Source: Camelus dromedarius | Lineage: Eukaryota | Assembly: GCF_036321535.1 (NCBI RefSeq) | Contig: NC_087447.1 | Location: forward strand, 47,184,001 to 47,248,000 | Length of the DNA: 64,000 nt | Direction of reading: 5' to 3' | Shown: in pieces, positions 54,761 through 64,000 of the stretch | Layout of the letters: each line of letters opens with the position of its first letter | Numbering within the stretch: the first letter of the stretch is position 1 | Notes under the pieces: generated by a model | Seen by the model: only the letters and a program-made list of their open reading frames with translations | The model's database searches: none | What the model was told of the DNA's origin: nothing | Position numbers and translations under genes: made by a program

Positions 54761-55326
54761 TGTAAATGACTCCTGAGACCAAAATATCTAAGAACTACTG
54801 CGTTAGGTAAAGAGTGACTGGCATTTCCAATAGAGTTAAGCATACAAAAGCACCAAGTTACTGCATTATTATTAATAATATTATTATTATTTCTCTTGTC
54901 AGAAAACCTACCCCTCTGGGCTGTCAAGAACTCAGGAATCCATGGGACAGAAGAGATCAAATAGGGGGAGATGAGGCTGAAAGGTAGGTTGGAATTAGCC
55001 TGTGAGAAGCCTTATAAGCAGCGCTAAGGAATTTAAATTTTTTCTACAGAGGTGATGCACACTTCAGATGACTAGTTGCTGTGATGGTGTAGTGGATAGC
55101 AAGAAGGTCTTCAGCTCCGGAGATCAGAAAAACAAGCCACAACCAAGGGTGAGGAAGTGTCCTTGAGGAGCTGGCATAGGTAGAGAGTAGGAGACATGAG
55201 AAATTCCTGGAAGTCTGGATGTGGGAGCACGAGTATCATTTATTAGTAGTATCAGGGTCCTTCCTTTGATATCACGGGCCTGCAGAGAAAAACGCTGCAA
55301 ATCCAAGAAACAAAATATTTAGGTGC

Positions 55327-55858
55327 TGTGGTATCCAAAAATTCTTTAATACTTTTCCATCAAGAAGTGATGGGGAGGGTCTCTGTCCCTCCCCTTGAAT
55401 CTGGGGAGGCTCTGTGGCTGCCTGAACGGAACAGACCTGTGTCCAGGCTCAGATCTCAAGACACTGGGAGCCTCCACTTCCTGTCTACTGGAATACTTGT
55501 TCTTGGACTTTAGCTGCCATTCTGTGAGGAAGTCAAGCAGACCCATGAAGAAGCCCAGGTAGGGAGGAACTGAGGCCCTTGGCCTACAGCACTAGCTGAG
55601 CAACCGGATGACAGCCAGCACCCTCTGGCCAGCAGCATGAGTGACTCCCTTAGAAGTGGATTCTCCAGCCCCAGTCAAACCTCCCTGGCTAACCTCCCCT
55701 GCTGTGTGGTAAAGAGATGAAGTGTCCCCATCAAACATTGCCCAAATTGCAGAATCATGATCAAGATAAACGATTATTGTTGTTTTAAGTCATTAAGTTT
55801 TGGGGTAAGGGTTTGTTACTATCTATTACTTGTTACATGGTGAATGGTAACCACAACA
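55327..55858 (+). mobile_element. MLT1-type MaLR solo LTR
   Basis: ccctccccttgaatctggg...gaggaactgaggccc...gcccaaattgcagaatcatga...tgttgttttaagtcattaagttttgggg...aca, typical of MLT1 families. Confidence 0.75.
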
Positions 55859-55934
55859 GGCGCTCAGTGGAGCTTGCAAGGAGCTGAGGAGGGAGACAGT
55901 ATTTGCAATACATATAACTGACAAGAGGCTTGTA

Positions 55935-56486
55935 ATGGCAGACCTCGTTTTATTGCACTTTGCAGATATTGCGTTTTTTACAAATTGATAGTTTGTGGCA
56001 ACCCTGGGTTGTCAGATGATGCTTAGAATTGTTTTTTAGCAATTAAGGATTATTTAATTAAGGTACGTACATTGGTTTTTAGATATAATGCCCTTACACA
56101 CTTAATAGGCTACAGTATAGTGCTTTTTAATTATTTTTATTTATTTATTGTTTTAAATTGAAGTATAGTCAGTACATATGTTGTGTTAATTTCTGGTGTA
56201 CAGCATAGTGATTCAGTTATACAAATATATTCTTTTTCATATTCTTTTTTATTATAGGCTATAACAAGGTATTGAATATAGTTCCCTGTGCCATACAGTA
56301 GGACCTTGCTGTTTATCTATATTATATATAGTATTGCGTATCTGCAAATTCCAAACTCTCAACAGTATAGTGCTAACATAACTTTCGTATGCACTGGGAA
56401 ACCAAAAAATTCGTATGACTCGATTTATTGCAATATTTATTGCAATGGTCTAGAATTGAACCCACAATCTCTCTGATATGCCCCTA
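55935..56486 (+). mobile_element. Tigger1-derived non-autonomous DNA transposon, interrupted by an L1 3' end
   Basis: 5' end ggcagacctcgttttattgcactttgcagatattgcgttttttacaaattga..gtttgtggcaaccctg and 3' end gcactgggaaaccaaaaaattcgtatgactcg...atctctctgatatgcc match recalled Tigger1 termini. Confidence 0.8.
56125..56361 (-). mobile_element. Short L1 3' end with 13-bp TSD
   Basis: T-rich tail at left and artiodactyl L1 3'UTR sequence; TSD ACAGTATAGTGCT at 56112-56124 and 56362-56374. Confidence 0.88.
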
Positions 56487-56489
56487 TCT

Positions 56490-56770
56490 ATGTATCAGTT
56501 TGCTAGGGCTGCCATAACAAAATACCACAGACATTTGGGGGAGAGTATAGCTCAGTGGCAGAGTGCACACTTATGTTGCACTAGGTCCTGAGTTCAATCC
56601 CCAGTATCCCCTTTCATTTAAATACATATATACATACATATCTAATTACCTACCCCCACAAAAAATTAAAAATTAGGAAAAAAATCCAGACATTTATTTT
56701 CTCACAGTTCTGGAATCTAGAAGTCCAATGATCAAGGTGCAGGCAAATTCAGTTTCTGATGAGAGCTGAC
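56490..56770 (-). mobile_element. MLT1-type MaLR LTR fragment
   Basis: tgtatcagtttgctagggctgccataacaaaataccacagac...atttattttctcacagttctgga..ctagaagtcca..atcaaggtg is the typical MLT1 end. Confidence 0.7.
56537..56686 (+). mobile_element. tRNA-derived SINE (Vic-1-like) inserted in a MaLR LTR fragment
   Basis: A box tagctcagtgg, B box gttcaatcc, A-rich tail; TSD CAGACATTT at 56528-56536 and 56687-56695. Confidence 0.85.
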
Positions 56771-56929
56771 AGCATCCCACCTCAAATAGGAATCTGCCTG
56801 TGTCACTACTTTATGTTTCATTTTTTGAGATTTAATATCTACGACAACCCAGTGGCAAGTAAGGATTTGCTTTTCAAGTGGAGGATAGCCAGCAAAAGGG
56901 GTCGTAATTTTACTTCAAACCCGTAAGGG

Positions 56930-57870
56930 TCTGCACTGTGATTCTCTTACTGGGGTTTTTGACAGAGGCTTCCTACACAATTTCGCTTTTGCTTCCCATC
57001 CCATTGGGTCTGCTGGGTCTCAAGACCCAAGCAGCAGGGCAGCTTGAACAACTTAGACCTGCTGCAGAGCCTTTTCTGGCTCTGGGCCCTACTTGAAACT
57101 GGCAACCTTATGGGTCATTTGGTAAATGGGTTGGAGCAACATGCTCGAATGAAGAACATATATTTTGTCTCCAAAATCTCAACAGGCACCATGCTTTGTG
57201 CCTCTTGATTCATGTGGTCAATGCAAAGTGAAGCAACCTGTCTCTCATTTTAAAAGTTACTTTTCAACATGTCCCAGGCAATGGGACCACTAGAAGCTTT
57301 ATCTATGTGTCAGGTCCCCAAATTTTCACAGGGTTTCTCTCCTCATCCTCTGGAATGTATGTGTTCTACCAAAGTATCTGGAATCCTTGCTACTTCCTGT
57401 GCAGTTGGTCCAATTAGCATAACATCATCAACGTAATGGACCAGAACAATGTTCTGGGCTCTCAAGATGATCGAGACCCCCTCTGCCTATATTATGCCCT
57501 GAGAGCAGGAGGTTGACATAGGCCTGAGGAAAAATATGGAAGTAATACAGCTGTCATGCCACATGAAGGCAGACTGCTTTGGGGTTAAAAAGAAAACATT
57601 CTTCAGATGTCAAAGGCTATATTGATTTGCTCCAATAAAGATACCACAACCAGATTGCAGCTGTAATTGGATTCACCACATGATAACGTTGATAATAAAC
57701 CATGGTTATTCTCCAAAATCCATCAAGCTTTTGCATGTGCCAAAACGACAAATTAAATGAGATCCTGGTAGGAATGACTACTTCGCATCTTTCAAACTCT
57801 GTAGGTGGTACTAATCTTTACAGTTCCCTCAGGAATGCATTACTGTTGTGAAGTTGGGGAGGAGGATAGT
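56930..57870 (-). mobile_element. ERVL internal pol (reverse transcriptase) remnant
   Basis: Minus strand reads, across frameshifts and stops, QSAFMW...PQAYVN...NIVLVHYVDDVMLIGPTAQEVA...GPEPEKALQQV...QAALLLG..DPADPM. The YVDD catalytic motif is at 57435-57424; typical ERV-L RT. Confidence 0.85.
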
Positions 57871-58024
57871 TCTGTTTCTTCAATATCTAGAAATTTGTAG
57901 GTATGGGCAACTACTAGGTGGTAGAAGTATAATTGTCTCTGATCACCATTATTCCCAATGACCCACTTGCAGAATTCAGGTTTCCTGTTCTGTAGTCTCA
58001 GGCCTTAACACATTTCTATTTGCG

Positions 58025-58051
58025 TGTATGTGTGTGTGTGTGTGTGTGTGT
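58025..58051. repeat. (TG)n microsatellite
   Basis: Directly visible tgtgtg run. Confidence 0.9.
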
Positions 58052-58299
58052 TTCTACCAGGGAACTGGAAGTAGATAAATGGCTTCCTTTTCCTCCCTCA
58101 ATGGGTTGGTTTTAGATGCAGTGGTTCTCTGTGGCTCTTCTGGTGCTGCCCTGAGAGCAACCCAGTTGAGCCTGCTTGTGAAGGTGGTGCCGGTTAAGTA
58201 AAGCACCACCTTGCAGATGGTTCTCCCAACTTCCCAGCCTGATGGCTCCAGTTTCCTCACTCTTGCTTCCTTCCCCATAAAGCATCAGCACACATGCTT

Positions 58300-58900
58300 T
58301 GCCTCAGGCTGGCTCTGTCTTCTGGGAAGTCTGGGTTAGGAAAGAGGTGTGGTCAGGGACTGGAATATCTGAAATTGAAATTGTGGTGGGATTGAGGTTA
58401 TTGTAATGACAAGCTCTAGAATAAAACTCAGGGAGACTGGAAAACAAATTCATGGAGAAGACAGTATCAAGAAACTTATTAGATACTAAGGCATGGGAAT
58501 AATCATCAGTGTAGATACAAAAATCCACAATGATGTTGGCATATTGGAGACAGTGATCCAGCAGCTAATATCTTCAAAGCATGAGGGAGGGGGTCATAAA
58601 TCCCCCCACAAGATGGGTTGTGGAGCACATTTTCTTCATGTGTGGAAGAGAGGGCATTTAAGATTAGCAGTGGGGAATACAGACAGCAGGTAACTCACCT
58701 CCAGGCCCAGCGATACAAGGGCTGTAGGAGAGCAGCAAAGCAACTACCTCTTGAGAGGACTGCACAAGAAAGCAGTACCCTCAGAAGAGAATTACATTGC
58801 AGAGCAAGATGAAGAGAACATGCATGAAAGATGGTGAGGATGCCGAATATTCTGCTGATGAATGACCTTGAGCTCCAGGGGCACAGTGGACAGGTTTCAG
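58300..58900 (-). mobile_element. L2 ORF2 endonuclease-region remnant
   Basis: ORF 58304-58528 reads (IIV)DFCIYTDDYSHALVSNKFLDTVFSMNL...NNLNPTTISISDIPVPDH, resembling L2 APE endonuclease motifs GDFNIH.DD...QFLDLL and S.IPLSDH. Confidence 0.65.
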
Positions 58901-59867
58901 TTGGTGAGGAGTTATGGACCTGGGGTCAGAAAAGGTGATATACAAGCTGAAAGGGGATTAGAGCTGGGGAATGAGGATGATTCGGGTGACTACATGCGCA
59001 GGGCTAAAGGGCCCAGTGAGATTTATCCTGATGGGCCCCAAGCAGAGTGATGAAGCAGCTGCGAGTGTGCAGAAGAAAAGAAGTGTGAGCCCTTGCCCAA
59101 AGTAAGCACATCTGGAGTGCCCACTCAGTGCTGCTGAAGGAGGCATGGAGTCCTGCAGTGAGGATGGGTCCTGCTCTGAATGCACAGGCTCCCCCCTCCT
59201 GCCTTCAGCTGACAGGGAGGCCTTGAGGACATTAGAAGTAGCCTCACCCTAGCTGAGTGAGCACACACTGCCCCCTGCAGGTCATAATGATATTAGCACT
59301 GGATGTTCTCCACCCTAGGAGATCTTGAGGTGGGGATGTTAGGCCAACCTGTTTTTTCAGTCTTTTGGTTCTGTGTTCTGGCAGGGGACAGTTTTTCTTT
59401 GCCAGCATCATGTCTATTATTTCTAGGACACCTTTAAATGTAGACAATCCTTTATATCCTTTTACTTTTCTTGTCCTTCCTTCACCTTACTTTACATAAC
59501 TCTTTAATTCTTTACCTTCTTACAAAAAGTAGTCTATTTTAAATTTCTTGACATTTCTCATAATCTACTGTTCTTTTTTTGTTGTTATCCTGACTACTTT
59601 TTTTTTTTTTACTTTAACTGCCTTTGCACTTTTTTGAGCCTGTCCAGCAACACACAGCTAGCCCAGACACTTTTTTCCCAAGCAATGTGGAAACCTCTCT
59701 CCTCCTTTTGACTGACTCTTGGGAAGGACTTGGTGACCTGTACACAATAACCTGAATTTACTAACTTTGTGCATCTTATTTCTATTAATTAACCTTGATC
59801 CCTTCCCTTTTTTTTTTTTTTTTAACATTCTTATTAAGTATATTTTACCAGTCTCAATCTCACTTTA

Positions 59868-59959
59868 GGTTTATTTATTTGTTTTAGTGGAGGTACTGGG
59901 GATTGAACCCAGGACCTCATGCATGCTAGGCACTCACTCTACCACTGAGCTACACCCTC
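59868..59959 (-). mobile_element. tRNA-derived SINE (Vic-1-like)
   Basis: ggaggtactggggattgaacccaggacctc...ctctaccactgagctacaccc; flanked by the direct repeat CTCACTTT. Confidence 0.8.
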
Positions 59960-62776
59960 CTCACTTTTAACCAACAATGTCACTAGTGAGTGTCATGTAT
60001 CATTTGGCTTAAGTCTGGTTTATATGTTCCATCTTTAGACTTAAGGGAAGAGCCCTACCTAGACCAAATGGCTGGTTGGAGAAGGACCTTGAGCTAGCTG
60101 GGGAATAGAGATTACATAACTATTTATTTCTTTGTAATTTTCCTGTCTCTCCTCTGGCACCAACCTTCTTCAGCCTCAGAGCAAAGCCTATCTTCCCTCC
60201 CCTCATGAAATGTCAATTCTTGTAAACAGATGCCTGAGAGGGAGTTTCAAGCTTCATATTCACAAATTCTGAGTAGGCGTTGCTGGGACAGCCAGCTCCT
60301 GAGAACTTCCAGGAAAGAATGCTGAGAAGAGGGAAGAATTGTCACATAGATTCATCAGGGAGGGATTTGGAAGCAATTTTTTTAGAAATGGAAGAGGATG
60401 GTTTTCTAGAAATAAACATGGCTTTCATTACCTCCTTAAGTTTCTCCAAATTCTCAAGGATATCAAATCTCTTGAATCCATTATTTTCTCCAGCTCCACC
60501 CTCTCAGAGTTCCTTATCCTCCTGCTCCAATCTATTCTAGTAACAGAGTTCTCTCATCCTGGGACTTCCCTTCATTATCCTCCTAGCTTGAATCATAAGT
60601 CTTCATATTTGTTGGTTTACTCATTTTATTTGAGCACATCCTCAGTAACTTCCTCATAGGGGTATGTTGGAGATAAAGGTTCTGATTCCTTGTTTGTCTG
60701 AAAATGTTTTTAGTTTGCCCTCACACCGGACAGAAAATTTGGCAGGATATAAAATTAAAGACTGAAAATGTTTTCCCTCAGAACTCTAAAGGCATCATTG
60801 ATTGTCTTCTAAGTACCTAGGACTATGGATGAGCAGTCCCATCTGAGTCTAATTTTCAAGTCTAATTTGGAAGTCACCTGTTTGTCTTTCATCTTTGAAA
60901 TCTTTTAGAATCTTCTCTTTATTCATGGAGTTCTGAAATTTCACAATGATTTATCAAAATGTGAGTCTTTTGTCATTCACACTTGGAATTTGGTGGATCC
61001 TTTTAGTCTGGTGATTTGTGTCCTTTGGCTCTGGTCAATTCTCCTTCATTATCTCTCTGATAATTTCCCACCCTCTGTAATTTCTGGAGTGTCTATTCTA
61101 CCATTGTTAATCGTTTTCTTTCTCATGTTTTCTGTTTCTTTATCTTAGAATATTTTATTGAATTGTTTACTTCATCAGTTATTATATTTAGTTCCCAGGA
61201 GCTAATTCTTGCTTCCTGATTGTTCTTTCTCACAGCCTCTTGTTATTGGTTTAGCTTGGTAACTCTCATCTTGCAGACTTTCAAATATTTGGTAATCTTA
61301 TTTATTTTTAAGAATGAGCCCTAAAGACCAGAATGGGACTCCATGAACACGTAGTGGACTTGTTTACTGGAGAGCTTTGTTCTAGGCTGATCCATTAACC
61401 AGCTGACCAGAGTGCAGCCATTATAGATGCATGTTCATTAAACAGTTGCTTGAGAGCCAGAGGCCTGCCTGCTGGCGTTTCTGTGTGGAGATGGGATGGG
61501 AGAGGGTACAAGGAGGATACAATGTTCTGTCTACAGAACTTCAATTTAGTTCCCAATTTTCATGTCCAAGATTTCTTTCTTCCTGTGGCTGTTCCTGATG
61601 TTTCTGAGTCTGATGGTTCTCTTGAGTTGTGACTCTACTTGACTCTTGTCTCCCATCTCTCTTGCACATACCAGGCTGCAACTTCCTGCACCCACACCAT
61701 CAATTACTATTTCTCCATCCATTTACTTTCTCTTAGAAATATGTTGAAATTCCTCTTACACTGATATCCTCCCTCTTGTTTTCTCTTTGCTGTGGGTTTA
61801 TATCTCCTTTTTTCTATCACGTAATGAGTTGTTAGGTGGGAAAAGACAGAAACTTGTGTTTTCCATCCTGAATCAGAAGTAAGTAGATTATTCCATTGTG
61901 TATGAGGACTAAAGAAAAAAACAACATAAAAGAATTCCAACCATTCCGTAACACCTGGCTTCTTAGAGGGAAACCCCTTGGATGTTTCCCCTTAAGATGG
62001 ATGTGACTCACCAGGTACATGCTGGTAATGGCTACACTGGGGCATGGTTCAGCTCTGTGGGTCTCCATTTTCCCTGTCCTGGGGAAATCCATAGGGAAGA
62101 GTTGAGATGAAAGGATCTTCCTAATGGAATGAATGCAACCTAAATCACATTGGCCTGAGAATGACCAGGGATCAGATATTTTACAGGATCCTCTCCATTC
62201 CACTCCACACCACTCTTCCATTCCACCTCCACCGCTCCTGAACATTCCACCTGAATCTACTAGCACTGGGCTCTCTTTCCCAAAGCCTTCCTCTCAGAAG
62301 AGGGGAACTTATCCTTCATTGGCTTATTTCATTTAAGATTCATTTATAGTCTGATACCCATTTTTCTCAATGATTTAATTTTGCTTAGGAACACCAGTGT
62401 AATAATTTAGAATATACTTCTGGCTATATCACGTTGAATAATGCAAAATGACTTTGCATTCTTGATATGCTCTGAGCCAAAACATACTCATTATTTAGAT
62501 TCTGGACATGGCCTCTATATTAAGGAAGAGGAAAACCATCTGAAGAAAAGATTCCCATACATAGGATAAAACTGGCTCCACCTTTTAAATACAAGCCCTC
62601 AAGTTTAGGCGACTACAAACAGAACTTTATGAAATATTCTTACCCTAAGTAAAGTGGGTATTTGCCACAGAGAGCTCCTACTGTTTACCTGTGGTTGTTA
62701 TTTGTCATATTGTGGGTACTTAATAGATGTTTGCTGGATCATTGAGTACTGGGTTAGAACTGTTTAAATACATTTT

Positions 62777-64000
62777 TCTTTTTGTGTGCCTGTTGGCCAT
62801 CTGCATGTCCTCTTTGGAAAAATATCTCTTCGGGTCTTCTGCCCATTACTAAATTGGGCTTTTTAAGTATTTGGATGTTGAGTTATATGAGCTGTTTGTT
62901 ATTTTGGATTTAACCTTTTATCAGTCATAAAATTTGCAAATATCTTCTCCCATTTAGTAGGTTGTCGTTTTGTTTTTTCAATAGTTTCCTTTGCTGTGCA
63001 AAAGCTTTTAGGTTTAATTAGGTTCCATTTGTTTATTTTTGCTTTTATTTCCTTTACTTTAGAAGACGGATCCAAAGGAATATTGCTGCGATTTATTTCA
63101 AAGAGTGTTCTGCCTGTTTTCCTCTGGGAGTTTTATGGTTTCCAATCTTAATTTAGGTCTTTAATCCATTTTGAATTTATTTTTGTATATGGTGTTAGAG
63201 TGTTCTAAATTCATTTTCTATATGTCACTGCCCAGTTTTCCCAGCATCATTTATTGAAGAGACTGTCTTTTCTCCATTGTATATTCTTGTCTCTTTTATC
63301 ATAGATTAATTGACTACAAGTGTGTGGGTTTATTTCTGGACTCTTGATTCTGTTCCATTGATCTATATGTCTATGACCAAAAAGGGGTTAATATCCAAAG
63401 TATATAGATAGCTCACACAACTCAACATCAAAAAAATAAACAACCTGATTAAAAATGGGCAGAAGATCTGAATAGACATTTTTCCAAAGAGGAAATGAAG
63501 ATGGCCAACAGCCACATGAAAAGATCTTCAACATCACTAATCACCATGGAAATGCAAATCAAAACCACAATGAGATATCACCTCACACAAGTCAGAATGG
63601 CTATCATCAAAAAGAACACAAATAACAAATGTTGGGAAGGATGTGGAGAAAAGAGAAGCCTCGTACACTGCTGGTGGGAATGTAAATTGGTGCAGCCACT
63701 GTGGAAAACAGCACAGAGGTTTCTCAAAAAACTAAAAATAGAACAACTATATGACCAAGACATTTCACTCATGGGGATATACCCCCCACAAAACCTCCAG
63801 AACACTAATTCGAAAAGATATATACACCCCAATATTCATACCAGCATTATCTACAATTGCCAAGATATGGAAGCAACCTAAGTGTCCATCATAGTGAATA
63901 TAACAAAAAAGAAACATTCACAGATATAGAGAACAAATTAGTAGTTACAAGTGGGTAGAGGGGAGGGAAGAGGGGAAATATAGGGATAGGGATTAAGAGG
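62777..64000. mobile_element. L1 with 5' inversion (minus piece 62777-63372, plus piece 63372-64000+)
   Basis: Both pieces are L1 ORF2 C-terminal sequence; the plus piece translates [20 protein letters not shown]...[14 protein letters not shown]. Confidence 0.88.

Noticed and set aside
63495..63881. 128-aa ORF (and the similar ORFs at 7227 and 48959)
   Set aside because: L1 ORF2 C-terminal fragments from truncated elements, not host genes.
42200..64000. ART2 (RT6) gene, which lies near Clpb in rodents
   Set aside because: I found no ART2-like coding sequence by eye; a tBLASTn with mouse ART2 would be decisive.

Overview
Mammalian genomic DNA, probably camelid: it carries four copies of a tRNA-derived SINE resembling the camelid Vic-1 family and young artiodactyl-type L1 3' ends. 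The only protein-coding gene I can support is the 5' part of CLPB (SKD3, mitochondrial ankyrin-repeat AAA+ disaggregase) on the minus strand. Its coding exons are exon 1 (41860-41458, 403 nt), exon 2 (38019-37968, 52 nt) and exon 3 (13851-13765, 87 nt), all with canonical GT-AG sites and a continuous frame. I did not find exon 4, which presumably lies left of the window. A CpG-island promoter with three ZNF143/SBS-type motifs and a YY1-like site sits at ~41.4-42.2 kb. The rest is intron or upstream intergenic DNA dominated by transposon remnants: L1, L2, MIR, SINEs, solo LTRs, an ERVL pol remnant, Tigger1/Charlie1 derivatives and a U6 retrocopy. Almost all ORFs in the supplied track are spurious. 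I see no convincing novel multi-gene system. The best leads are (1) a solo LTR with a 23-bp-period CCAAT array and octamers, 2.2 kb upstream of and co-oriented with CLPB; (2) a triple TCF/LEF-motif cluster in intron 3; (3) an out-of-frame uORF overlapping the CLPB start; (4) a U6 retrocopy abutting an antisense L1 ORF1 fragment; and (5) two inverted (twin-primed) L1 insertions. Repeat family names and protein comparisons are from recalled consensus sequences, not database searches.
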